Part shown: positions 17,800 to 27,745 of the stretch, in pieces
Position numbering within the stretch: position 1 is the stretch's first letter
How the letters are laid out: every line of letters begins with the position of its first letter
Source: Oscillospiraceae bacterium
GTDB taxonomy: Bacteria > Bacillota > Clostridia > Oscillospirales > CAG-272
Assembly (NCBI GenBank): GCA_015064445.1
Contig: SVSE01000003.1
Coordinates: forward strand, 150,324 to 214,323
Direction: 5' to 3'
Length of the DNA: 64,000 nucleotides
Position numbers and translations under genes: made by a program
Notes under the pieces: generated by a model
The model's input: the letters and a program-made list of their open reading frames with translations, nothing else
Databases searched by the model: none
What the model was told of the DNA's origin: nothing

Positions 17800-17920
17800 T
17801 TAAGAGCATTTAGGCAATATTAGACAAGGCGCACCACAGTAGGCGGACGAAGGCTATCTTCGGGATAGTCGAGGTCGACTACGAGGAGCAACGCAGTATA
17901 ATGAAGCGTAAATCTCTTAA
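17800..17920 (+). repeat. Structured ~120-nt repeat family, copy 3
   Basis: Arms TTAAGAG/CTCTTAA, then AGGCAA..AAGGCGCACC, a central hairpin GGCTATC/GATAGTC, and GAGGAGCAACG. The stop codon of the galactokinase-like gene lies inside the right arm. Confidence 0.85.
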
Positions 17921-19194
17921 ATTGAAATTGCGCCGTATGGGCGAATTTTAAGCACATAGCACGCGCCTGCGCCAAATGCACCGTCAATTGCGTTACGGTA
18001 ATTTTCAACCTCTGCCATTGGAACAAAGGCTTGAATTGTGCCTGCAAAGCCACCACCGTGAACACGGAATGCGCCACCCTTACCTCTCAACACATTTTCG
18101 GTAATGCAGAGGGCGAGGGAGAGTCCCTGCTCGTACACATTCTTGGTGGTAAATACATTTTGCAAATACATAAAGGATGAGCGACCACTCTTTAATACAT
18201 TCTCAAAGAATGTGTCGATATCTCCGTCCTTAAGCGCCTTTGCTTGAATTTCTACTCTTTCGTTTTCATCGAAGAAGTGGAGTGCGCGCAAAACTGCTCT
18301 ATCTCCTACATTTTGGCGAAGTGACTTAATATCGCCAAGGAGCTGTTCTCTTGTCATTTGGCGAAGCACAGCATATCCAAAATGAGCTGCAACGCTCTTC
18401 ATCTCGGCAGGAACTGACGCATAATCCTCGTTTAGATCTGCGTGGTTTCCACCTGTATTAACAATGCAAAGTGCATAGCCTGCGCTTGTAAGGTCGAAGT
18501 TAACCTTTTCGATTACAGGAGCGCCCGGAGTCTCAAAGTCGATAGCAACGAAGCCACCAACAGCGCACGCAACCTGGTCCATAAGTCCACAGGGCTTGCC
18601 AAAGAACTTGTTCTCAGCAAACTGAGCCATCTTTGCGATTTCAACATTGTCAACCTGTCCGTCGTTATAGAGGTAGTTGAGAATGTTACCTATCATAACC
18701 TCGAATGCAGCAGAGGATGAAAGTCCCGAGCCCTTAAACACATTTGAGGTTGTATATGCTACATAGCCACCGATTTTGAGGTCGTTGTTTGTAAATGCTC
18801 TTGCCATACCTGCGATAAGAGCGCTCGATTTGAAATAATCGTCCTCGTTTGGTGTAAGATATTCCGAAATATCGACACAGTCCTCGTCAAAGCCTCTGCT
18901 CTTTATACGAATAAGAGAGTCGTCTGTCTTTGATGCAACTGCGATAATGTCAAGATTGATTGAGCCTGCAAGCACCTTTCCAAAGTTGTGGTCGGTGTGG
19001 TTGCCTGAAATCTCACTTCTGCCAGGAACGCTGAAAAGTGAAGCCTCGCGCTCGCCATACATGCTATAAAAATCATCAAGGGCGCCTATGTATCTTTCTC
19101 TTTGCGCCTCTACTGCCTCGCTACCATAGATTTCTGCGAGTCTTGCGTCAAGCGCACCTGCCTTTATGCTATTCAAAAGCTCTGTTGTTTTCAT
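17917..19194 (-). CDS. Galactokinase-family GHMP kinase
   Basis: PGRSEISGNHTDH signature and the GHMP motif GSGLSSSAA. Confidence 0.75.
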   Translation of the reverse strand: MKTTELLNSIKAGALDARLAEIYGSEAVEAQRERYIGALDDFYSMYGEREASLFSVPGRSEISGNHTDHNFGKVLAGSINLDIIAVASKTDDSLIRIKSRGFDEDCVDISEYLTPNEDDYFKSSALIAGMARAFTNNDLKIGGYVAYTTSNVFKGSGLSSSAAFEVMIGNILNYLYNDGQVDNVEIAKMAQFAENKFFGKPCGLMDQVACAVGGFVAIDFETPGAPVIEKVNFDLTSAGYALCIVNTGGNHADLNEDYASVPAEMKSVAAHFGYAVLRQMTREQLLGDIKSLRQNVGDRAVLRALHFFDENERVEIQAKALKDGDIDTFFENVLKSGRSSFMYLQNVFTTKNVYEQGLSLALCITENVLRGKGGAFRVHGGGFAGTIQAFVPMAEVENYRNAIDGAFGAGACYVLKIRPYGAISI

Positions 19195-19209
19195 AATAGT
19201 CTCCTAAGC

Positions 19210-19983
19210 TTAAAATTTAACAAGATTACACGAGGTGCACCTGAGTGTGCCCTCATCTATTTCAAAAATTGCGCCATTTGCCTCGATTTCGCCATCGGCA
19301 AAGTCAAAGCGAGTGAGCATTTTTGTCTTCATTTTGTAAATTACATTTTCCTTTTTCACGCCAAGTATGCTGTCCTTAGCACCGACCATTCCAATGTCGG
19401 TAACATAGCCACAGCGACCATTCAAGATTTGTGCATCATTTGTTTGAATATGCGTGTGTGTGCCAAAAATAACGCTTATGCGTGGAGAAAATTCATAGCC
19501 TATTGCCTTTTTCTCGCCTGTCGCCTCTGCGTGAATGTCGAGAATGGCAAAATCATATTGCCCACGATTTCTGTCAAGGCATTTTTCGATTGCCTCAAAC
19601 GGACACGCGCTCGAATCCATATAGGCACTACCAAGCGCATTAAGGCAAAGAATCCTGTAGCCGTCTATTTTGACAATACAATCTCCGTGCCCTGGATTTG
19701 TCGTGGGGAAATTAAGGGGACGAAGCACTCTTTCCTCGTCATCAAGATAGGAAAAAACGCTCGATTTTCTAAACACATGGTTGCCTGTTGTTATAACATC
19801 AACACCACTCTCAAAGAGCGTGGTAGCCCCCACACGGTCAATCCCGTTAGGCTCAGCGCAGTTCTCGGCGTTGGCAATTACCATATTTACCTTTAACTCC
19901 GACCTTACGCGCCAAAGATTTTTCTTAAGATACTCAACGGACGCAGGTCCACAAATATCTCCTATCGCTAAAATTTTGAACAT
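19210..19983 (-). CDS. ymdB: YmdB-type metallophosphoesterase (2',3'-cyclic-nucleotide phosphodiesterase family)
   Basis: The N-terminus MFKILAIGDICG and GNHVF motif are present. It lies directly downstream of rny, as in Bacillus. Confidence 0.8.
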   Translation of the reverse strand: MFKILAIGDICGPASVEYLKKNLWRVRSELKVNMVIANAENCAEPNGIDRVGATTLFESGVDVITTGNHVFRKSSVFSYLDDEERVLRPLNFPTTNPGHGDCIVKIDGYRILCLNALGSAYMDSSACPFEAIEKCLDRNRGQYDFAILDIHAEATGEKKAIGYEFSPRISVIFGTHTHIQTNDAQILNGRCGYVTDIGMVGAKDSILGVKKENVIYKMKTKMLTRFDFADGEIEANGAIFEIDEGTLRCTSCNLVKF

Positions 19984-20058
19984 TCTGTTGTTCTTCTTTC
20001 TACCGAGAGTTGTTCTCTCGAAGGGTTAATTAAGGGCGACTTTTGGTCGCCCTTATAA

Positions 20059-20219
20059 ATGAATCGGTGCTACACACCATGAATCGATGCTAACGCATCA
20101 TGAATTCTCGCTTCGCTCCATGAATCGAATTGCAACGCCAAATGCCGAAGGCAATTCATGCGATTTATCGCAATTCATGACACACAGTGTCAATTCATGC
20201 AACGCAGTTGCAATTCATT
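20059..20219. repeat. Hairpin-linker array, ATGAAT/AATTCAT family, copy 2
   Basis: Near-identical to 7980-8136. The differences are concentrated in two hairpins (first hairpin replaced, another altered) plus one substitution in the central segment. Confidence 0.85.
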
Positions 20220-20257
20220 GTAGTAGATTATGCGAACTACTTCGCATAATCTACTAC
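20220..20257. repeat. Perfect 17-bp hairpin made from the last codons of rny and their inverted copy
   Basis: GTAGTAGATTATGCGAA / TTCGCATAATCTACTAC; the stop codon (20237-20239) is in the loop. Confidence 0.8.
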
Positions 20258-21784
20258 TCTACTTTCGCGTATCAAATTAACCTTAATCTGTCCTGGATAC
20301 TCCATCTCGCTTTCAATCTTTTTAACGATTTCGCGAGCTACAAGTGCCATTGTTTCGTCATTGATTTGCTCTGGCTTAACCATGATACGAACCTCACGGC
20401 CTGCCTGAATTGCAAAGGTCTTTTCAACACCGTCAAAGCTCTTTGCGATTTCCTCGAGCTTTTCAAGGCGCTTAATGTAGTTTTCAAGATTTTCGCGTCT
20501 TGCGCCAGGTCTTGCAGCAGAAATTGCGTCAGCCGCCTGAACGATAACTGCGATTATTGAATGTGGCTCTACATCGCCATGGTGAGCCTCAATTGCGTGG
20601 ATAATTTCCTTGCTTTCCTTATACTTCTTAGCCACATCTACGCCGATTTGTACATGTGAGCCCTCAACCTCAGCTGTGAGTGCCTTACCAATATCGTGAA
20701 GAAGTCCTGCACGCTTAGCAAGTGTAACATCTGCACCGAGCTCTGCTGCCATAACGCCTGCAAGCTCTGCAACCTCGATTGAGTGAGTGAGGACATTTTG
20801 TCCATAGCTTGTTCTAAATTTGAGTCGACCGAGAAGCTTAACAAGCTCGATATTAAGACCGTGAACGCCAATTTCAAATGTAGCCTTTTCTCCTGCCTGC
20901 TTGATTGAAGCATCAACCTCGCGTTGAGCCTTTTCAACCATTTCCTCGATTCTTGTTGGATGGATTCGACCGTCAGCTATAAGCTTTTCGAGTGCAATTC
21001 TTGCAACCTCTCGTCTTACTGGGTCGAAGCCCGAAATTGTGATAACCTCTGGTGTGTCGTCAATAATAAGCTCAACACCTGTAAGGCTTTCGATTGCGCG
21101 AACGTTTCGTCCCTCGCGTCCGATGATTCTTCCCTTCATATCATCATTAGGGATTGTAACAACGGAAATTGTAGCCTCTGAAACATGGTCAGCTGCGCAA
21201 CGGGAGATAGCCAAGGAGATGATATTCTTCGCCTTCTTGTCAGCCTCCTCCTTCCATTCTGCCTCAAGCTCCATAAGCTTTTGAGCCTGCTCGTATCTTA
21301 CATCGTCCTCGAGATTCTTGATAAGAAGCGCACGCGCCTCCTCAATTGAATAGCCCGAGATTTTTTCAAGAAGCTTAAGCTGTTCCTCACGAATAGCCTT
21401 TACCTTCTCGCCGAGAGCCTCATTTTCCTTAATCTTTTGATTAAGAGTTTCTTCTTTTCTTTCGATTGCCTCTGCCTTTTTGTCAAGGTTTTCTTCCTTT
21501 GTACTTACACGCATTTCCTGACGAGAAAGCTCACTTCTTCTTTCCTTGACCTCTGCCTCAAACTCATTCTTGTCAGCAAGGATTTGCTCCTTAGCCTCGA
21601 GGACGAGCTCCTTACGCTTCGATTCAGCAGTTCTCATAGCGTCCTCAAGAAGTCTTTTAGCCTGAGCCTCAGCCGAGCCGATACGCTTTTCAGCAGATTT
21701 CTTTCTTATGATATAACCGACAGCCACGCCAACGACAGCGCCGATAACTATACCAACGATTCCACCGATAATGTAGTCTAGCAT
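20237..21784 (-). CDS. rny: Ribonuclease Y
   Basis: N-terminal TM helix, coiled coil, KH domain and HD domain (LLHDIGK). The start is MLDYIIGG with an AGGAG RBS. Confidence 0.95.
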   Translation of the reverse strand: MLDYIIGGIVGIVIGAVVGVAVGYIIRKKSAEKRIGSAEAQAKRLLEDAMRTAESKRKELVLEAKEQILADKNEFEAEVKERRSELSRQEMRVSTKEENLDKKAEAIERKEETLNQKIKENEALGEKVKAIREEQLKLLEKISGYSIEEARALLIKNLEDDVRYEQAQKLMELEAEWKEEADKKAKNIISLAISRCAADHVSEATISVVTIPNDDMKGRIIGREGRNVRAIESLTGVELIIDDTPEVITISGFDPVRREVARIALEKLIADGRIHPTRIEEMVEKAQREVDASIKQAGEKATFEIGVHGLNIELVKLLGRLKFRTSYGQNVLTHSIEVAELAGVMAAELGADVTLAKRAGLLHDIGKALTAEVEGSHVQIGVDVAKKYKESKEIIHAIEAHHGDVEPHSIIAVIVQAADAISAARPGARRENLENYIKRLEKLEEIAKSFDGVEKTFAIQAGREVRIMVKPEQINDETMALVAREIVKKIESEMEYPGQIKVNLIRESRVVDYAK

Positions 21785-21944
21785 AATTTTCTCCTTTCGT
21801 AAAATTTTATTATGGTCTATTGCGTAGGACACGCAATTTTATGCATCAAATGATTTTTGGCGTAAATCATATATCTACATAAAATAATTTTATAATATAA
21901 CGCAAGAAAAGTCAATAGGAATTTGAAAATTTGCGCTTTTCTTA

Positions 21945-21973
21945 TTGACTATTTCGGCGAAAATTCGTATAAT
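21945..21973 (+). promoter_or_regulatory. Sigma-A-type promoter
   Basis: TTGACT, 17-nt spacer, TATAAT, located 58 nt before the 22031 ATG. Confidence 0.6.
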
Positions 21974-22030
21974 AGGAGTAGGAGTTTAGGGCGCTTTTGC
22001 GTCCTTTAAACCAAATCAAGAGGTGATTAT

Positions 22031-22531
22031 ATGCTAAAAGCCATTGATGCCGGCCTTTGCGAGCGCCTAAGGGACGAGTTTGCCCTGCTTGGTGCGACAA
22101 GGGACGACGGAAAATTCAATTTTATGACCGTTTCCTGGGGAGGCGTTGGAATCCTTTGGGGAAAAGAGGTTTGCTTTGTGTTTGTGCGCCCTGAGAGGTA
22201 CACATACGAGTTCTGCGAGGCGAGTGAGCGCTTTTCGCTTTCGTTCTTCGACTCATCAAGAAGGGCTGACCTTGTATTTTGTGGTCGAAGCTCGGGAAGA
22301 GATGTTGACAAGGCAAGGGAATGCGGCTTTAATGTCGAAATTGTCGACGGAGTGCCTAAATTTGACGACGCAACGCTCACCTTGACTCTGCGTAAGCTGT
22401 ACGCACAGGACATCGAAAAAGCATGCTTTATCGACACATCCCTGCTCAAAAATTACGAAAACGCAGGCTTTCACAGAATGTACATTTGTGAGGTTACAAA
22501 TGCGGAATTCGGAGTTCGGAATGCGGAATGA
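22031..22531 (+). CDS. Flavin reductase-like domain protein
   Basis: FNFMTVSWGG core. The last 10 codons and the stop codon are encoded by the heptamer array. Confidence 0.6.
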   Translation: MLKAIDAGLCERLRDEFALLGATRDDGKFNFMTVSWGGVGILWGKEVCFVFVRPERYTYEFCEASERFSLSFFDSSRRADLVFCGRSSGRDVDKARECGFNVEIVDGVPKFDDATLTLTLRKLYAQDIEKACFIDTSLLKNYENAGFHRMYICEVTNAEFGVRNAE

Positions 22532-22568
22532 AAAGTGCGAAACGCGAAATGCGAAACGCGAAGTTAAA
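22499..22568. repeat. Heptanucleotide array, 10 units (AATGCGG AATTCGG AGTTCGG AATGCGG AATGAAA AGTGCGA AACGCGA AATGCGA AACGCGA AGTTAAA)
   Basis: 7-nt periodicity that overlaps the CDS 3' end. Confidence 0.85.
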
Positions 22569-22609
22569 AATAAACAAGCTTAAAATATAAGAAAGGACTT
22601 CTAACATAA

Positions 22610-24799
22610 ATGAAGGGAAACAAGTGGATTACACATCCCGAGGCGCAAATCTCGGACAATAAAACCTATTATTTCAAAAAGAGCTTCACTCTTGACGATA
22701 TCTCGGACGGTGTTGTTGAGATTTCGGCACAGGCAAGATACAAGCTTTTTATAAACGGAGAGATGGTTGGTGTTGGACCCTGCAAGGGCTCACGCGAAAA
22801 GACCTTCTTCGACACAATTTGCGTTGAAGGCTACCTCAAAAAGGGCGAAAACGAGATTTTCTGCGAGGTGCTTCAGCTCGTATCAACTGATATGGAGGGC
22901 AAGATGTCTCCTATCGAGGGCGTGCTTCGTGTTGGAAGCGCTATTCTCACAATGGAGCTTCGTGCAGGCGACACCGTTCTTCAAACCGACGAGAGTTGGC
23001 TTTGTGCTAAGGTTGACGCAATTGAGCATTTGAGCGCGCGCTCCTGCTACTCTGCTACAACAAGAGAAAGGTGGGACGGTGTGTCGCTAAAATCGCTCGA
23101 ATTTGTTAATGCCAAGGTTATGACAGGCGTTTCAAATGGCGAGGAGGACCACTACTGGTGGGGCGCTACAAACAAGTGCTTCCTTTTCGAAAGACCTATT
23201 CCGATGCTCGACTTCAAGGACAAGACCTCGATTGTCAGCTTCGACGGTACATATTTTGAGGCAGAATACCTCACATTCGGCTTCCCTCGCTTTAAGATAA
23301 GTGGCAAGGGCAAGGTTGATATTGTTTATTTTGAATGCTTCGACAGCGATAAGGGAAAGACCAACTCGCACCGTACCGACCGTTCTCTTGGAATTTGCAG
23401 AGAGATGATTGACACAGTTATCGTTGATGGCGAGCTTACCTTTGAGCCATTTTGGTTCAGATGCTTCCGTTTTATTAAAATAGAGTGCGAGGGCGAGGTT
23501 CAGGTGTCTCTTGACAAGCTCACAGAGGTTAACTATCCTCTTGAAATTCGCACAGATTACGACTTTGGACGCGACGATGATAATGCTCTTTGGGAAATCA
23601 GCGTTCGCACACTCCAAAGATGTATGCACGAAACCTACGAGGATTGCCCGTTCTATGAACAGCTTCAGTATGCTATGGACACCTCTCTTCAAATGCTTTA
23701 TAACTATCAGCTCTCCGATGACGATTTGCTTGCGCGTAAGGCGATGAGCGATTTCGATCAGGCTCAGCACGCGGACGGACTTATGCCATCGAGAACTCCT
23801 TGCGTTGTAGACCAGCACATTCCAACATTCCAATTCTACTTTATCTTTATGGTGTACGCACACTACATTCGATTTGGCGACAAGGCGCTTGTTCGTGAGC
23901 ATCTTCGTGCTATGGACGGTGTAATTGAGTGGTTTAAGCGCCATATGACACCTCAAGGTCTCGTTGGACAGAGCAAATACTGGAACTTCGTTGACTGGGC
24001 AAAGCCTTGGGGCTATGTTGAGGGCAAGTGCGATGGTGGTGTTCCTGTTTACATTGACGGTGGCGAGATAGGAATTTACAATCCTATGATGGCTTACTTC
24101 CTACAATGCGCATCAAAGCTCAATGCTATAATCGGCAGGGGCGATGTTGCAAGGGAATATCTTGCCTTGGCTGATAGCATTCTCGAGAATACAAATAAGT
24201 ATTTCTGGGACGAGGAAAAGGGACTCTATGCAGACGACCTCGCTCATAGCAGATATTCACAGCATATGCAGACATGGTGCGTGCTTTCAGGCGCTTGTGA
24301 CCGAAAGAGAGCGAGGGCTATCATGGAAAACTCGCTCAACCTCGACGCAAAGGCGACATATGCGTTTGCTTACTTCTACTTCCGTGCCCTCGAGGCTGTT
24401 GGAATGTACGACAAGACCGAGGAAATGATGGACTCATACAGAGGTCTTCTCAAGCTCGGCTGTACTACAATCCCAGAAACTCCAACCGAGTCAAGAAGTG
24501 ATTGTCACGCTTGGGGCGCACTCGCAATTTATGAATTCAGCGCAACCATTCTTGGCGTTCGCACCTTTGATGTTGAGGAGAGGTCAATCTCGATTAAGCC
24601 ATACATCAAGGGCAGAAATAGCGCAAGAGGTACTGTTTCCACAATTGCTGGTAATGTGTTTGTTTCTTGGAGATGCGAGAACGGACAATTTACAATACAT
24701 ATCAAATCCGAGGACGGCGTGCGCAAGGTGATTTACCTTCCAAACGGCGAAGCCTACGAAAGCACTCTTAACGAAATCACTTTAAGCTGTGCGATGTGA
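22610..24799 (+). CDS. GH78-like (alpha-L-rhamnosidase six-hairpin) family glycoside hydrolase
   Basis: YEDCPFYEQLQYAMD motif, (alpha/alpha)6-type central region, 729 aa. Confidence 0.55.
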   Translation: MKGNKWITHPEAQISDNKTYYFKKSFTLDDISDGVVEISAQARYKLFINGEMVGVGPCKGSREKTFFDTICVEGYLKKGENEIFCEVLQLVSTDMEGKMSPIEGVLRVGSAILTMELRAGDTVLQTDESWLCAKVDAIEHLSARSCYSATTRERWDGVSLKSLEFVNAKVMTGVSNGEEDHYWWGATNKCFLFERPIPMLDFKDKTSIVSFDGTYFEAEYLTFGFPRFKISGKGKVDIVYFECFDSDKGKTNSHRTDRSLGICREMIDTVIVDGELTFEPFWFRCFRFIKIECEGEVQVSLDKLTEVNYPLEIRTDYDFGRDDDNALWEISVRTLQRCMHETYEDCPFYEQLQYAMDTSLQMLYNYQLSDDDLLARKAMSDFDQAQHADGLMPSRTPCVVDQHIPTFQFYFIFMVYAHYIRFGDKALVREHLRAMDGVIEWFKRHMTPQGLVGQSKYWNFVDWAKPWGYVEGKCDGGVPVYIDGGEIGIYNPMMAYFLQCASKLNAIIGRGDVAREYLALADSILENTNKYFWDEEKGLYADDLAHSRYSQHMQTWCVLSGACDRKRARAIMENSLNLDAKATYAFAYFYFRALEAVGMYDKTEEMMDSYRGLLKLGCTTIPETPTESRSDCHAWGALAIYEFSATILGVRTFDVEERSISIKPYIKGRNSARGTVSTIAGNVFVSWRCENGQFTIHIKSEDGVRKVIYLPNGEAYESTLNEITLSCAM

Positions 24800-24800
24800 T

Positions 24801-24891
24801 GCGAAGCGTGCTTCGCAATGAAATCCCGCTGGGATGAAATCCGTCAAGGACGGATGAAATCCACCTTTGGTGGATGAAATCGCTTCGCGAT
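24801..24891 (+). repeat. Hairpin-linker array, GAA/ATC..GAT family (5 consecutive hairpins)
   Basis: GCGAAG/CTTCGC is followed by ATCCC-GCT-GGGAT, ATCCGTC-AAG-GACGGAT, ATCCACC-TTT-GGTGGAT and ATCGC-TTC-GCGAT. The ATC..GAT hairpins are joined to one another by GAA. Confidence 0.9.
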
Positions 24892-24940
24892 AGGAATTAA
24901 TTTTAAAAAATAAATTTAGAAAGCAAAAGAAAGGAATTAC

Positions 24941-25062
24941 CTTGAGCCTTCAGAAGCACGCAAGGCAAGGCGCACCGCAGCCGGCAGGCGATGGCTATCT
25001 TTTTGATAGTCGAGGTTGTCGGCGAGGAGCAACGCTGAATTGCACAGCTTACAAGGCTCAAG
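24941..25062 (+). repeat. Structured ~120-nt repeat family, copy 4
   Basis: 10-bp outer stem CTTGAGCCTT/AAGGCTCAAG, block AAGGCGCACCG, hairpin CCGGCA..GGCTATC/GATAGTC..TGTCGG, and block GAGGAGCAACG. Confidence 0.9.
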
Positions 25063-25079
25063 CGGCTTAAAATTAAATT

Positions 25080-25445
25080 ATGAAAATAGCTCTAATAGCC
25101 CACGACAAAAAGAAAAACGACATGATTAATTTGGCAATCGAATACAAGGATGTGCTCTCTCAGCACGAGCTTTATGCTACTGGTACAACTGGCACGCTCG
25201 TTATGGGAGAAACCGGTCTTATGGTTAACCGTATGAAGAGTGGCCCTCTTGGTGGTGACCAGCAAATCGGCTCTATGGTTGCAGAGGGAAAGCTCGACCT
25301 TATCATCTTCCTTCGTGACCCACTTACCTCACAGCCACACGAGCCTGATGTAAGTGCGCTTCTTCGCCTTTGCGATGTTCAATCAATTCCTCTTGCTACA
25401 AATGTGGCAAGCGCAAAAATAATTCTCTCGACCTTGAGAAAATAA
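25080..25445 (+). CDS. mgsA: Methylglyoxal synthase
   Basis: [26 protein letters not shown] motifs. Confidence 0.9.
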   Translation: MKIALIAHDKKKNDMINLAIEYKDVLSQHELYATGTTGTLVMGETGLMVNRMKSGPLGGDQQIGSMVAEGKLDLIIFLRDPLTSQPHEPDVSALLRLCDVQSIPLATNVASAKIILSTLRK

Positions 25446-25536
25446 TTTACAAGATTTTTAACGCAGTATGTAGGGCGTTTGGCTACTCCAAATCAAATGT
25501 GGCTGAGTCCCTAACCTGTTAAACAAGGAGATTATA

Positions 25537-26985
25537 ATGGAATACGCACTTATTTCGCTTGGTGGCGTGATTTTCATTTTGCTTTTGATAATCATTTGTC
25601 GCACCATCGCGTTCAAGCCCAAGGCGCAAGGCACTCCCTGCGAGTCCGACAAGGATTTTGACAAGGAAAGATGCGTTGACACCTTGCGCTCACTTGTTAT
25701 GTTTAAAACTGTGTCAAGCAGGGACAAGTCTCTTGAGGATGAAAGTCAGTTTGAGGGACTAATTAACGCACTTCCCTCGCTTTATCCAAGAGTTTTCGAG
25801 GTGTGCGAGTTTAAGCGTATGCCCGAGCGTGGACTTCTCTTTTTATGGCACGGTAGTGAGCCAAATAACGACACAGGGGCGACTGTTCTTATGTCGCACT
25901 ACGATGTTGTAGATGTTAACGAGGACGCATGGGAGAAGCCCCCGTTTGACGGAATTATCGAGGACGGTGTTCTTTGGGGACGAGGAACTCTTGATACCAA
26001 GGCAACGCTTAATGCCTCTCTTTTCGCAGTTGACACTCTTATCGGTCGTGGCTTTACTCCAAAATCTGATGTTTACCTCGCCTTTTCAGGAAACGAGGAG
26101 ATAAACGGTCTTGGTGCGCCATCAATTGTTGACTATTTTGTTCAAAACAATATAAAAATCGGTCTTGTTCTCGACGAGGGCGGTGCTGTATGTGAGAAAA
26201 TCTTCCCAGGAGTTAAGCGCCCCTGTGGCATGATAGGCATTGCCGAAAAGGGAATGATTGACCTTGAATACAAGATTAAGACAAACGGTGGACACGCATC
26301 ATCTCCAAAGCCTCGCTCCTCTATCGGTTATCTCTCCGAGGCGTGTGGTCGAGTTGAAAAGCATCCTATGAAGATGAAAATAAGCGACCCTGTGGCAAAA
26401 ATGTTCGACACGCTTGTAAGAAACTCTAATTTCCTATACCGTATGATTTTCGCGAATTTGTGGGCGTTCGGTTGGGTTGTTGACCTGCTCGGCAAGAAGA
26501 CGGGTGGAGAGCTTAATGCCCTTGTGCGCACAACTATTGCGTTTACTCAAATGAAGGGCTCAAGCGCACCGAATGTTATTCCTCCGGAGGCAAGCCTTGT
26601 TTCAAATATTCGTATAAATCCTTGCGACAATGTCGAAAGGGTATATAACCACATAAAGAAAACGATTGCAAACGACGATATCGCTCTCACAAAGCTCACA
26701 TTCTCCGAGCCGAGCAGAATTTCTCGCGTTGATTGCCCTGAATATGAGACTGTGGCAGGCGCTGTTGCATCAACCTGGCCAGAGGCTATCGTTTCCCCAT
26801 ATCTTATGGTACAATGCTCCGACAGTCGCCATTATGGACGAGTAAGTGACCGTGTTTATCGCTTCTCTGCTATGGATATGACAAGCGAGGAAAGACGCTC
26901 AATTCACGGTAATAACGAAAAAATTCGCATCGAATCAATCCATAAATCGTGCGAATTCTATCTTAACCTTATTAAAAAATTGTAA
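25537..26985 (+). CDS. M20-family metallopeptidase with an N-terminal membrane anchor
   Basis: SHYDVV..WGRGTLDTK motifs and an N-terminal TM helix. Confidence 0.7.
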   Translation: MEYALISLGGVIFILLLIIICRTIAFKPKAQGTPCESDKDFDKERCVDTLRSLVMFKTVSSRDKSLEDESQFEGLINALPSLYPRVFEVCEFKRMPERGLLFLWHGSEPNNDTGATVLMSHYDVVDVNEDAWEKPPFDGIIEDGVLWGRGTLDTKATLNASLFAVDTLIGRGFTPKSDVYLAFSGNEEINGLGAPSIVDYFVQNNIKIGLVLDEGGAVCEKIFPGVKRPCGMIGIAEKGMIDLEYKIKTNGGHASSPKPRSSIGYLSEACGRVEKHPMKMKISDPVAKMFDTLVRNSNFLYRMIFANLWAFGWVVDLLGKKTGGELNALVRTTIAFTQMKGSSAPNVIPPEASLVSNIRINPCDNVERVYNHIKKTIANDDIALTKLTFSEPSRISRVDCPEYETVAGAVASTWPEAIVSPYLMVQCSDSRHYGRVSDRVYRFSAMDMTSEERRSIHGNNEKIRIESIHKSCEFYLNLIKKL

Positions 26986-26986
26986 C

Positions 26987-27016
26987 TAAAAAGGCACTCG
27001 TTGAGTGCCTTTTTTA
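26987..27016. terminator. Bidirectional intrinsic terminator
   Basis: AGGCACTC-GTT-GAGTGCCT with a flanking A-run and T-run. Confidence 0.75.
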
Positions 27017-27745
27017 TTTTATTACATTTAATATTTCTCTGCTTGCAAAGGAGATTTGCTCCTCGCGTGAAATTGTTGGAGTACCGTCGCCCTTTTGTGC
27101 ACCATATGCGCCAAATTGCGCGTGAGTTCCACCATAAATGACAATTTCCAAGTAGCTTTCTGGCAAATTAGCGACACATTCCTCGTATTTTTCGGAATTT
27201 AGAACCTTGTCCTCGCTTCCATAGATGCTAATTACCTCGATGTCCTCGCCTGTCAAATCTGAGGTTGAATACGAGCCAAGAAGCACGAGTGCCTTGTAAT
27301 CAAAATCGCTCTTTTCTATGTGCATTGATGCCGATGAGCCACCAAGAGAGTGCCCGCCGATTGCCCACTCCTTGACGGTTGGAAATTGCGCCCTTATATC
27401 ATCTGCGCTATTTATATCGAAAATCGCAAGCTTGAATGGCATTTTCGCAATAACGCAAACAACTCCCTCCTTTGCGATTTCTCGCATAAGAGGAATATAC
27501 GCCTCTGCCTCAACCTTGCCACCCGGATAGAATATAAAGCCGAGCTCTCCCTCGCCTATCACAATCGAGCCATCGTCAAGATACCTAATGTCGCTTGTGT
27601 CGCCTATTATGCTATCATCTGCCTCGTAAAAATCAGACACATATATGGCGCACACGACAAATAAAATCAAAAGAAAGCCCAAAATCGAGGCGCAGATTAT
27701 CAGCGCTATTTTCTTTTGCTTACTCACTTGCGAGCACCTCGTCAA
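27014..27745 (-). CDS. Membrane-anchored alpha/beta hydrolase
   Basis: GGHSLGG nucleophile elbow and an N-terminal TM helix. Confidence 0.65.
   Translation of the reverse strand: MTRCSQVSKQKKIALIICASILGFLLILFVVCAIYVSDFYEADDSIIGDTSDIRYLDDGSIVIGEGELGFIFYPGGKVEAEAYIPLMREIAKEGVVCVIAKMPFKLAIFDINSADDIRAQFPTVKEWAIGGHSLGGSSASMHIEKSDFDYKALVLLGSYSTSDLTGEDIEVISIYGSEDKVLNSEKYEECVANLPESYLEIVIYGGTHAQFGAYGAQKGDGTPTISREEQISFASREILNVIK

Noticed and set aside
17900-17950. A 16-codon ORF (MKRKSLKLKLRRMGEF) lies after the GAGGAG block of structured-repeat copy 3.
   Set aside because: It is not conserved in the other five copies, where the ATG is absent or the frame is closed. It is also antisense to the end of the galactokinase-like gene.
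23132-23956. Long antisense or overlapping ORFs in the track include 23132-23956, 19102-19896, 33330-33974, 14545-15078, 4841-5344 and 49724-50149.
   Set aside because: Each lies entirely inside a well-supported gene on the opposite strand or in another frame. They have odd composition and no RBS, and are typical shadow ORFs.
24801-24891. The hairpin-linker arrays (also 7980-8136, 20059-20219, 43090-43255, 43447-43631 and 55958-56190) superficially resemble CRISPR arrays, with a constant motif alternating with variable sequence.
   Set aside because: The constant parts are only 3-8 nt and the variable parts are 9-30-nt self-complementary hairpins. No unit is 25-40 nt long, and there is no leader and no cas gene in the window.
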